Shown here: piece by piece, positions 55,644-64,000 of the stretch
Numbering within the stretch: the first letter of the stretch is position 1
Layout of the letters: every line of letters begins with the position of its first letter
Assembly (NCBI GenBank): GCA_030645735.1
Contig: JAUSNP010000006.1
Location: 132,095 to 196,094, forward strand
From: Candidatus Moraniibacteriota bacterium
GTDB taxonomy: Bacteria > Patescibacteriota > Minisyncoccia > Moranbacterales > UBA2206
Direction: 5' to 3'
Length of the DNA stretch: 64,000 nt
Notes under the pieces: generated by a model
Told to the model about the DNA's origin: nothing
The model's database searches: none
The model's input: only the letters and a program-made list of their open reading frames with translations
Translations under genes and position numbers: made by a program

Positions 55644-56975
55644 TTAGACATTGCGTCCAATTGATTTATAGTCAAAGCCCAATTCTTTCATTTTCTTTGG
55701 ATTATACAGCAATCGTCCATCAAAAATTACTGCATCCTTCATTCTCTTTTTCATTTCATCAAAATCCACACTGCGGAATTCTTTCCATTCAGTAACAACG
55801 AGCAATCCATCCACTCCATTTAAAGCTTCGTATTTACTATCAAAATAGCTGATGCTCGGATTGTTGCCAAAATATTCCGGCTGTGTCGCCATGCCCATCG
55901 CTTCTGGATCATGTGCTTTGATAGTTGCACCCTTGCCAATCAAATCATTGACAATATCCACGGCAGATGACTCACGCATATCATCCGTGCCAGCTTTGAA
56001 AGCCAAGCCCCAAATAGCAAAAGTCTTGCCAGTCAAATCCGGACCAAGATTAGTGATGACCATATCAGACAAAATATGCTTTTGCTCATTATTAGTTTCA
56101 AGGGTTTGCATAAACATCTTAGCCTCATAACCATTGTCATTGGCAATCTTAATCAGCGCGCGCACATCTTTGGGAAAACAACTGCCTCCAAAACCAGGAC
56201 TAGCATACATAAACGGTTCACCGATGCGCGGATCAGCTCCCATAGCTCTACGCACATCATCAAAATCAGCACCTACTCGCGCGCAAATGTTAGCCAACTC
56301 GTTATTGACTGAAATCTTAGCTGCCAAAAAACAATTTGAAGCATATTTCACAGTTTCCGCAGTCTTGGGATCCATAGCATAAAAACGACCCTCTCTTCGC
56401 ATAAATGGACTGTACAATTCTTGCATCGTCTCAAGCACTTTCGGATCATCCGCACCCACTACGATTCGACTTGGTTCCATGAAATCCTTAACGGCTGTGC
56501 CCTGGGCCAAAAATTCCGGGTTACTGACTACATCGAATTTAATATCCGCGCCTCGTTTCTTGAGTTCTTCCGCAATGGTGTTGCTCACCATCTCAGCTGT
56601 GCCGATTGGTACAGTAGATTTGTCCACCACAATCAAAGGATGATCCATCAATTGCCCGATGGATTGCGCCACAGTTACCACATGACTCAAATCTGCGCTG
56701 CCATCTTCATTTGGCGGAGTTCCCACGGCAATAAAAATGATATCACTGTTTCGAAGCGCATCATTCAAATCAGTCGTAAAACGCAAATTTTTGTTATCCA
56801 AATTTCGCTCTACCAATTCATCCAAACCTTTTTCATGCAAAGGCACCTTGCCCTGCGAAAACTGAGCCACTTTGTCCGCATTATTATCTACGCAAATAAC
56901 AGTATTGCCCATTTCAGCCAAGCATGCGCCTGTCACTGAACCAACATAGCCTGTTCCGATTACTGCAACTTTCAT
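55644..56975 (-). CDS. ugd: UDP-glucose 6-dehydrogenase
   Basis: GTGYVG, AVGTP, SNPEFL, GFGGSCFPKD. Confidence 0.95.
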   Translation of the reverse strand: MKVAVIGTGYVGSVTGACLAEMGNTVICVDNNADKVAQFSQGKVPLHEKGLDELVERNLDNKNLRFTTDLNDALRNSDIIFIAVGTPPNEDGSADLSHVVTVAQSIGQLMDHPLIVVDKSTVPIGTAEMVSNTIAEELKKRGADIKFDVVSNPEFLAQGTAVKDFMEPSRIVVGADDPKVLETMQELYSPFMRREGRFYAMDPKTAETVKYASNCFLAAKISVNNELANICARVGADFDDVRRAMGADPRIGEPFMYASPGFGGSCFPKDVRALIKIANDNGYEAKMFMQTLETNNEQKHILSDMVITNLGPDLTGKTFAIWGLAFKAGTDDMRESSAVDIVNDLIGKGATIKAHDPEAMGMATQPEYFGNNPSISYFDSKYEALNGVDGLLVVTEWKEFRSVDFDEMKKRMKDAVIFDGRLLYNPKKMKELGFDYKSIGRNV

Positions 56976-57072
56976 ATAGTTTAGTTCTTAAAGTCCGTAA
57001 AGTCGAAAGTCCGTAAAGCCAATTTTAAAAAAAACTGCTTTATGAACTTTATAGACTTGATGGACTTTTGAC

Positions 57073-58014
57073 TTAGTTATTAGTTATTTCTTTGATTGAA
57101 TAATTCATGCGATTCTGATTCTTGTAATAATTTTTCACCAAGATATCAGCAAGAAGTCCTGAAATGAACAATTGAATTCCAGCTAGGATAAAGAAGATGC
57201 CCATAAGCGGCCAAACTCTTTCGGATAAAGAAGCATTGAAAAATATTTTTTCAACAGCCATCCATAGAAGAATCAATGTGCCAACTACAGAAAAAGCGAT
57301 GCCAGCTCCGCCAAACAAATGCAATGGCCGGTTGGCATATTTTCTCCAGAACCAAATTGAAACCATATCTACAAAACCTTTGATAGCTCGTTTCCAGTTA
57401 TATTTAGTTTGGCCATGCACACGCGCATGATGAGAAACAATCACTTCGCCAACTTTATAGCCTTGCATTTCCAAAACAGCCGGCATGAAACGATGCATTT
57501 CACCAAACAAATCCACTTCCGCAAAACAAGCTCGTTTATACGCCTTCAAACTGCATCCACTATCATGAATTTTATCTTGAATCAAAATTTTTCTCAAAAC
57601 ATTAGCTCCGCGAGAAAAAAATCTCTTCATGAAAGTGTCTTTGCGATGAAATCTCCAACCGGAAACCACGTCATATCCGCCTCTATTCATCTCATCCAAA
57701 AGTGAACCAATGTCGGCAGGATCATTTTGCAAGTCACCATCCATCGTAATAATAATTTCACCCTTAGCTTCTTTGATGCCAGCATCAAATCCAGCAGTTT
57801 GACCAAAATTCTTGCGGAAACGAATAAATTTCAAAGGTGTCAAACCAACTGCTTCCTCCGCAGTTTTGTCTTTGGATCCATCATCAATAAAAATAATTTC
57901 ATAGCTCTTCCCCAATGCCACACATGCATCCTTAATTCTTTGGTGTAACAACGCTACATTTCCCTCCTCATTGTATAGAGGAACGACAACTGACAAATAC
58001 GGGTTTTCTTCCAT
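57073..58014 (-). CDS. GT2 undecaprenyl-phosphate sugar transferase (ArnC-like)
   Basis: VPLYNEE, RKNFGQTA, MDGDLQNDP, GEMHRF. Confidence 0.9.
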   Translation of the reverse strand: MEENPYLSVVVPLYNEEGNVALLHQRIKDACVALGKSYEIIFIDDGSKDKTAEEAVGLTPLKFIRFRKNFGQTAGFDAGIKEAKGEIIITMDGDLQNDPADIGSLLDEMNRGGYDVVSGWRFHRKDTFMKRFFSRGANVLRKILIQDKIHDSGCSLKAYKRACFAEVDLFGEMHRFMPAVLEMQGYKVGEVIVSHHARVHGQTKYNWKRAIKGFVDMVSIWFWRKYANRPLHLFGGAGIAFSVVGTLILLWMAVEKIFFNASLSERVWPLMGIFFILAGIQLFISGLLADILVKNYYKNQNRMNYSIKEITNN

Positions 58015-58154
58015 GTTTTTTTAAAAAGCTTATCTACAATCTCCTGAGATCATGAATAAACTCTAATATTTATTTACCTTTATATTTTAAGCCAATTTGC
58101 AATTATTGGCAACACAAGCACAAATCCACCTGTGGACAACCAAATGCTCAAATT

Positions 58155-59072
58155 TTAGCGCTTTTTAAGATGTCTTTCGAATTCCTCTTGATCTGATTTG
58201 TTGATTGAATCCAAAATCAAGCCATTCGAGAAGCTGATAATCGCCAGCACCATCAAACCAGAGGCCAAAATAGCCGAAGGAACCTTGGAAACGAAGCGTG
58301 TCTCAATGAATTCAACCACCACTGGGATGCCAAATGACACACCCACCAAGAAAAAGATTGCTGCCACCAGACTGAAATAGCGCAAGGGATAGAAATAGCG
58401 ATATAGATTGAAAATGGTTGTCAGCACCCGAAAGCCATCTGAAAAAGTGTTGAGCTTGGATTCACTGCCAGCTGGCCGATCACGATAGATAATCGGAACT
58501 TCTTGAATTTTCAATTTCCGACTCAAAGCAAAAATTGTCATATCAGTTTCCAGTTGAAAACCCTCGCACAAAGCTGGATAAGTTTTCACAAAGCGTCGCG
58601 AAAAAACCCGATAACCACTCATGATGTCTTTCAATTTCACATCGTACAAATGATTGATGAGAAAAAGCACCAAGCCGTTGCCAAAAGTATGAAAATCTCT
58701 TTTATTTTCTCTAGTATAAGTTCCGTTAGACAATCGGTCACCCACCACCACATCCGCGCCCAACTCAGCTTCTTGCAAAAGTGCCTGCACGCTCTCAGCT
58801 GGATAGGTATCATCTCCGTCAATCAAAACATAAAAATCGGCTTCGATGTCACGCAACATCGAACGCACCACATTGCCCTTGCCTTGACGCGATTCTTTGC
58901 GCACAATCGCACCAGCTTCTTTGGCAATGGCAAAAGTGGCGTCCTTGGAATTGTTATCATAAACATAGATTTCCGCTTGCGGAATTTCTCGCTTGAAATC
59001 AGCCACCACCTTGGCAATGGTCTGGGCTTCGTTGTAGCAAGGGACGAGAACGGCGATTTTTTTATCTGTCAT
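58155..59072 (-). CDS. GT2 DPM-synthase-like glycosyltransferase
   Basis: VPCYNE, QGKG, DGDDTY, SKLNTFSDG. Confidence 0.9.
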   Translation of the reverse strand: MTDKKIAVLVPCYNEAQTIAKVVADFKREIPQAEIYVYDNNSKDATFAIAKEAGAIVRKESRQGKGNVVRSMLRDIEADFYVLIDGDDTYPAESVQALLQEAELGADVVVGDRLSNGTYTRENKRDFHTFGNGLVLFLINHLYDVKLKDIMSGYRVFSRRFVKTYPALCEGFQLETDMTIFALSRKLKIQEVPIIYRDRPAGSESKLNTFSDGFRVLTTIFNLYRYFYPLRYFSLVAAIFFLVGVSFGIPVVVEFIETRFVSKVPSAILASGLMVLAIISFSNGLILDSINKSDQEEFERHLKKR

Positions 59073-59090
59073 AGTTCATTTAACTAAAAA

Positions 59091-60473
59091 TTATTTTCTA
59101 ATATACAGATCGCTATAGGCAGGAGATTTTGCATAGTTGTCCGCCACGGCTGGATTTTTTATTTTGATGAATGAATTGGAAATCACTTTTGGCTTGAACT
59201 TATCAATCAAAGTATAGGCATTATAATCATACTCCCGCATCAGGCGATATGAAGTCAGCACGCCAGTTTTTGGTTTCGTCGAAAACCAGAAATAATCCAG
59301 GTCTTTGCGAAAAACATTGAAATTAGCATCACCATCATAAATGCGATCATTTTTATTGGTTATCGACAAAACATAATCAATTTTTTGCAATTGTTTTTTG
59401 TTATTTTCGCTGACATACCCCAACACGCCCAATGAACCAGCCACTGTTGCCAACATCAAGAAAATCGCCACTTGCTTCTTCCACTCAAACAGTTTCACAA
59501 ATTGCGCCGCTGCAACCATCACGATGAACGGCATCGAGGTCAAATAATATTGCGGGAAGGGTGATTTCGTCGCAAAAATGAAACTCAACATCCCCAGCGC
59601 TAAAAAAGCAATAACACTAAAAGATTTCCTGCGAACCAGCTCGACAATCCCCACCACAAACAAAATCCACACCAACGGGTTTTGTTCCATTGAAATCAAC
59701 AGATATTTATACAACGGAAAAGTGTTGAGCAAATTGGCGTTGATCAACCAGTTCAGGAAAAAATATTCCGACCAAGTGAAAGTCACTGCAACATACCAAA
59801 TAAATATTCCCGAAAAAACTGCCATCATTCCCCAGAAGATCAAAAAGTCTTTCCACGCAATTTCTTTTTTCCAAAGTTTATACAAAAAAATCAAGCCGAT
59901 CAAAAAAATCAAAAACACCGCTTTTTGCAAAAACAAGAAAGACACAAACAAAGCCGTGGCACTCAGCAAGAGTTGCCAAAGTTTTTTCGTCTCAAAAAAT
60001 CGTAAAAGAAAAAACACCGCCAAAAGTTCAAACAACACCAACGGCACATCCGGTCGCACTTCCAAAATCTTCTGCAAAAAAATGACTGTCGAAGACAAAA
60101 AGAACACACTCAGGAGTGCAACATTTTTGTCATAGGCTATTTTGGCAATTCGATACACAAGTCCCGCCACCCCAACAGCCATCGCCAAAGACAAGAGTCT
60201 GGAAGCAATGATGGCCTTCACACCTTCGCCGACAATAGCAATCAAATCACTCAAGACATAGTACAGCATGAAATGATGCTGTTGCAGAAAATCCACATAA
60301 ATCTTCTCACCCGCAAAAATCTTCCAACCTGAATGGATAGCCTCAAATTCATCATGATTGAATGACCGATACAACGAAAGCGCCACCGCCACCAGCGCAA
60401 ACAAAACAATGCTAACCATGGCAATTGGACGATAACTCGGCTTTTGCGAAATGAATTTTTTGATAATTTCCAT
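59091..60473 (-). CDS. GT-C-like membrane glycosyltransferase
   Basis: HDEFE, YVDF..HH, EVRPD, multi-TM. Confidence 0.78.
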   Translation of the reverse strand: MEIIKKFISQKPSYRPIAMVSIVLFALVAVALSLYRSFNHDEFEAIHSGWKIFAGEKIYVDFLQQHHFMLYYVLSDLIAIVGEGVKAIIASRLLSLAMAVGVAGLVYRIAKIAYDKNVALLSVFFLSSTVIFLQKILEVRPDVPLVLFELLAVFFLLRFFETKKLWQLLLSATALFVSFLFLQKAVFLIFLIGLIFLYKLWKKEIAWKDFLIFWGMMAVFSGIFIWYVAVTFTWSEYFFLNWLINANLLNTFPLYKYLLISMEQNPLVWILFVVGIVELVRRKSFSVIAFLALGMLSFIFATKSPFPQYYLTSMPFIVMVAAAQFVKLFEWKKQVAIFLMLATVAGSLGVLGYVSENNKKQLQKIDYVLSITNKNDRIYDGDANFNVFRKDLDYFWFSTKPKTGVLTSYRLMREYDYNAYTLIDKFKPKVISNSFIKIKNPAVADNYAKSPAYSDLYIRK

Positions 60474-60530
60474 ACTATAATTATATAGCCAAACCCAGAT
60501 AATGCCTAGCTAGGCAGTTTGGTACAAAAA

Positions 60531-60557
60531 AAAATCGGAGTCAGACTCCGATTTTTG
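60531..60557. terminator. palindrome GGAGTCAGACTCC acting as terminator or REP
   Basis: AAAATCGGAGTC-A-GACTCCGATTTTT downstream of fic. Confidence 0.6.
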
Positions 60558-60669
60558 ATATTGTCTAGAAAGTTCATAGTTAACTGTGAACTATGAACTA
60601 ATACGAAATACATGTCATAATCTGTCAAATTTGAGATTTATGAACTACAAGTGTTATTTTTTCTAACCT

Positions 60670-61716
60670 TTAGTTTATCAACTTATAATAGGTCGCTTTG
60701 CCCTTGCCCATTTTTTCAATAATACCCAGATCTATCAATTTTCTAAAATCTTGGTTCCTTGTGGGTTTGGCCCGGTCAGTTAGTTTGGAATAATCACGAT
60801 CAGCTATATAGCCATGCGCTGTTATATATTCAATTATTTTCTGATGATAATCTTTCAGCTCTTTTTCTGGTGAGGAAGTTTGTTGAATCAATCCTTTTTC
60901 AACCCTAAGCAGTTCATCAATAATTCCATCGGTGAAATATTCAAGCCAAGAAGTAAAATCAATCTGATCCTTGATATCATAATAATTGCCTAGTAGGCCG
61001 ACTTCTTGAAAATATTTGCTAATATTTTGATTATAATAATTTTCAAAACTAAAAAGATTGAAAGTGTTGAGCCCCATCTTTGCCAACAATACCTTAGTTG
61101 CCAAACGAGCTGTTCGCCCATTGCCATCAATAAATGGATGGATAATAACAAATTGTTTATGGAAAATTCCAGCCAAAATCAATGGATCGATTATATTTTT
61201 ATTCTTGCCAATATAAGCAAACAATTCATCCATCAACTCCACAACTTCAGAATGTTCTGGTGGAAGATACGCGACTTGACGAAGCCGAGGATCATTGACA
61301 AAAACTGGTTCGGTTCTCAATCGACCACAACGATACTCTTCAATCAAGTCTTGTGTTATAGTTTTTTGAATATTTAAAACCAATGTCAAATCAAAATCAT
61401 GTGTCTCTTGCTCAATCAAATTGTTCAATTCAACCAGCGCCTTGTTGTAGTTCAGAACCTCTTTCTCGCTATCGCGAACATGCTCAGGTCTATTTTTCAG
61501 AATTCTTTTGACATCAGTTAGCGGCAATGGATTGCCTTCTATACTAGTTGATGAAAAGGCTGAAATTTCCCTGGCTCTTTTTTCCAATTCTGCCAAAACT
61601 ACACCTGAAAAAGTCCGGCTGTTTAAGTCGGCAATAATTTCAGTTATTCTCTTGATATTAGCCAATAATCGATTAGAAATCGTGTATTTAGGCTCAAACA
61701 TATTATTCTTATTCAT
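60670..61716 (-). CDS. Fic-family AMPylase with C-terminal HTH
   Basis: HPFIDGNGRTAR; N-terminal STSIEGN inhibitory motif; GKGKATYY wHTH tail. Confidence 0.93.
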   Translation of the reverse strand: MNKNNMFEPKYTISNRLLANIKRITEIIADLNSRTFSGVVLAELEKRAREISAFSSTSIEGNPLPLTDVKRILKNRPEHVRDSEKEVLNYNKALVELNNLIEQETHDFDLTLVLNIQKTITQDLIEEYRCGRLRTEPVFVNDPRLRQVAYLPPEHSEVVELMDELFAYIGKNKNIIDPLILAGIFHKQFVIIHPFIDGNGRTARLATKVLLAKMGLNTFNLFSFENYYNQNISKYFQEVGLLGNYYDIKDQIDFTSWLEYFTDGIIDELLRVEKGLIQQTSSPEKELKDYHQKIIEYITAHGYIADRDYSKLTDRAKPTRNQDFRKLIDLGIIEKMGKGKATYYKLIN

Positions 61717-61724
61717 GTCTTATA

Positions 61725-61758
61725 GTCTAATTATAGACGATTGATAGACGATTGTCAA
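61725..61758 (-). promoter_or_regulatory. consensus promoter with tandem operator
   Basis: TTGACA (61753-58), 17 bp, TATAAT (61730-35); ATAGACGATTG repeated at 61733 and 61744. Confidence 0.75.
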
Positions 61759-61799
61759 TACTAGATTTTTATGGCTTAATACAGCCACTCTCACCCCCG

Positions 61800-61970
61800 C
61801 TTGACGCTTGTATCTTGCTCAGCACTTGGCTTTTGTATCTTGGAACTTGTATCTTGCGTAGCCCTTGTATCTTGGAATTTGTGATTTGCAACTTGCTTGG
61901 TTATATTGTATCTTGGAATTTGTACCTTGCTTAGCACTTGTATCTTGCCTGTGCCTTTGTATCTTATCCT
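61800..61970. repeat. degenerate TTGTATC/TTG-nnnn tandem repeat tract
   Basis: TTGTATCTT recurs about seven times with ~7-bp periodicity. Confidence 0.8.
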
Positions 61971-62062
61971 GCTCGCAAGCTTTATCCAGCTTACTTAGGA
62001 CGACTCTGGAGAGAATTGAGACTTGATGGGATTTTAACAGTTATTATGATAAACTAGATATT

Positions 62063-63097
62063 ATGGAAATTACTAAAAAAATCACTAGCCAGAAGCACTG
62101 CGATATTCTCGGAATTGGCAGTCCCCTGCTTGATATTGTAATAAATATTGAGGAGACTATGTTTTGTGAATTAAATATGAAGAAGGGATCGATGAATTTG
62201 ATCTCTGCAAAAGAAAGCCGAGATATGCTCAAAAAGTTTGGGCACATCAAACAAAAAATAACACCGGGTGGAAGCGTGGCCAACACGCTTTCAGGAGCAA
62301 GTGCTCTGGGAAATAAAACATCTTTCCTAGGGGTTATCGGCAAGGATATCTATGGGCAAACATATCAGACGGAAATAAAAAATGAAGGCATTGTCTCTCA
62401 TCTAACATGCCATACTAGCGATACAACCGGACATGCGATTATTTTTGTTACACCAGATGGAGAACGAACAATGGCAACCCACCTAGGCGCGGCTTTGAGA
62501 TTTGAAAAAGAACATATCAAAGAAGATCAAATTAAAAATAGCCAGATATTGCACATTGAAGCCTATCAGCTAGAAAATTCGGATACCTGTCAGGCAATTT
62601 TGCATGCAATCAAAATCGCAAAAGATAACAATGTCACGATTTCACTTGATCTTTCTGATGTCGGACTCATTCAACGAAATAGAAAACTTTTCAAAAGCAT
62701 TGTTAAAGAACATATCGATGTTGTTTTTGCAAATGAAGCTGAGGCCGTTGCATTTACTGGTAAAAATGACTCAATAACTGCTTTGCATGAAATAGCTAAA
62801 GCCTGCGATATCGCAGTAGTAAAATTGGGAGCAAAAGGAAGCCTAATCAAAAAAGGTGAGAAAATTTTCAATATCCAGCCATATCCAGTTGATATGGTAA
62901 ACACAAACGGAGCCGGCGACACCTATGCCGCAGGGATTTTACATGGCCTGATAAATGGATTAGACTTACAAGATGCTGGAGAAATAGCCAGTCACATTTC
63001 AGCTTTAGTTGTTGCTAGTGTTGGCGCGCGTTTAGATAAAAAATATATTAAATCAATTAGTAAATACAAACGACATGGAAAAGAAACAAGATTATAA
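62063..63097 (+). CDS. PfkB-family (adenosine) kinase
   Basis: GGSVANT, DGERTM, FANEAEA, NTNGAGD; adjacent to ahcY. Confidence 0.9.
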   Translation: MEITKKITSQKHCDILGIGSPLLDIVINIEETMFCELNMKKGSMNLISAKESRDMLKKFGHIKQKITPGGSVANTLSGASALGNKTSFLGVIGKDIYGQTYQTEIKNEGIVSHLTCHTSDTTGHAIIFVTPDGERTMATHLGAALRFEKEHIKEDQIKNSQILHIEAYQLENSDTCQAILHAIKIAKDNNVTISLDLSDVGLIQRNRKLFKSIVKEHIDVVFANEAEAVAFTGKNDSITALHEIAKACDIAVVKLGAKGSLIKKGEKIFNIQPYPVDMVNTNGAGDTYAAGILHGLINGLDLQDAGEIASHISALVVASVGARLDKKYIKSISKYKRHGKETRL

Positions 63098-64000
63098 GAT
63101 TGCAGACATCAGCCTAGCTGAATACGGTAGAAAAGAAGTTATAATTGCGGAAAAAGAAATGCCTGGTCTTATGGCATTGCGAAAAAAATTTGGCAAAAAA
63201 AAGCCACTCAAAGGAGCCAGAATTCTAGGGAGTCTGCATATGACCATTCAGACCGCCGTTTTGATTGAAACACTAGTTGAATTGGGTGCGGAGGTGCGTT
63301 GGGTTTCTTGTAATATTTTTTCAACCCAAGATCACGCGGCAGCGGCAATAGCTCAGACTGGAGTTCCAGTTTTTGCTTGGAAGGGTGAAACATTAGAGGA
63401 ATATTGGTGGTGCACGGAACAAGCTTTTAGATTTGATGGTGGTCAGGGTCCGAATCTAATTGTAGATGACGGAAGTGACGCAACTTTGATGTTGCATTTG
63501 GGCGTGGAAATTGAAAAAGATCCAAAAATTCTGAAGAAAAATTATTCTAACAAGGGCGAAGATGAAAAAGAGTTGATGAAAATTTTAGCTCGAATTTATA
63601 GCGAAAGTCCGACCTTCTGGAGCAAGATTATAAAAAATGTGCGAGGTGTTTCCGAGGAAACAACTACGGGCGTGCATCGACTCTATCAAATGTTTGAACA
63701 GAAAAGATTGCTATTCCCCGCTATCAATGTGAATGATTCTGTAACGAAAAGTAAATTTGACAATTTGTACGGATGTCGCGAAAGCTTGGCTGATGGAATC
63801 AAGCGTGGGACGGATGTTATGGTGGCCGGCAAGGTTGCTGTTATTTGTGGTTATGGCGATGTTGGCAAAGGTTGCGCACAAAGCATGCGCGGTTTCGGTG
63901 CGCGAGTTATTGTGACAGAAATTGACCCTATTTGTGCTTTGCAAGCAGCTATGGAGGGCTTTGAAGTTAAAACGATTGAAGAATCTTTGGCAGAAGGCAA
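63075..64000 (+). CDS. ahcY: S-adenosylhomocysteine hydrolase (runs off the window; not in ORF track)
   Basis: [63 protein letters not shown]. Confidence 0.97.
   Translation, partial: MEKKQDYKIADISLAEYGRKEVIIAEKEMPGLMALRKKFGKKKPLKGARILGSLHMTIQTAVLIETLVELGAEVRWVSCNIFSTQDHAAAAIAQTGVPVFAWKGETLEEYWWCTEQAFRFDGGQGPNLIVDDGSDATLMLHLGVEIEKDPKILKKNYSNKGEDEKELMKILARIYSESPTFWSKIIKNVRGVSEETTTGVHRLYQMFEQKRLLFPAINVNDSVTKSKFDNLYGCRESLADGIKRGTDVMVAGKVAVICGYGDVGKGCAQSMRGFGARVIVTEIDPICALQAAMEGFEVKTIEESLAEG

Noticed and set aside
58020-58145. Possible oriC from imperfect DnaA boxes
   Set aside because: Only two one-mismatch boxes in a short spacer, with no dnaA context.
47865-60135. Long antisense ORFs (47865, 56421, 58503, 59578)
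   Set aside because: Each lies opposite a well-supported gene and has shadow-like composition.
61752-61970. 60-aa ORF or degenerate CRISPR in the repeat tract
   Set aside because: Product is low-complexity repeat translation; units are too short and irregular for repeat-spacer structure.

Overview
This AT-rich bacterial window looks like Patescibacteria/CPR (Parcubacteria, possibly Moranbacteria). That is inferred from gene content, the scarcity of Shine-Dalgarno sites and archaeal-type PyrH/RibH. The first 25 kb is mostly housekeeping: fmt-def-priA, a partial riboflavin operon, gltX, iscR-iscS-iscU, pyrH, rpmA, pyrG, rplI and ctpA. From about 25.4 to 60.5 kb lies a ~35-kb surface-glycan locus with LCP, GT2/GT4 enzymes, six GT-C-like membrane proteins, an O-antigen-ligase-like protein, two flippase types and two nucleotide-sugar dehydrogenases. 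The window ends with fic, a PfkB/adenosine kinase and a partial ahcY. The most notable observations are: (1) a divergent RtcB-like ligase and a TMK-like kinase co-oriented with glycosyltransferases and a flippase, a possible phospho-glycan ligation module; (2) several palindromic mini-element families, three copies of which are translated in-frame inside glycan enzymes; (3) heptamer tandem repeats inside and between housekeeping genes; (4) several structured ncRNA candidates, two with clear promoters; (5) small orphan, often Cys-rich cassettes with strong SD sites among apparently leaderless host genes. No rRNA, tRNA, CRISPR array or transposase was seen. All assignments are by eye; no searches were run.
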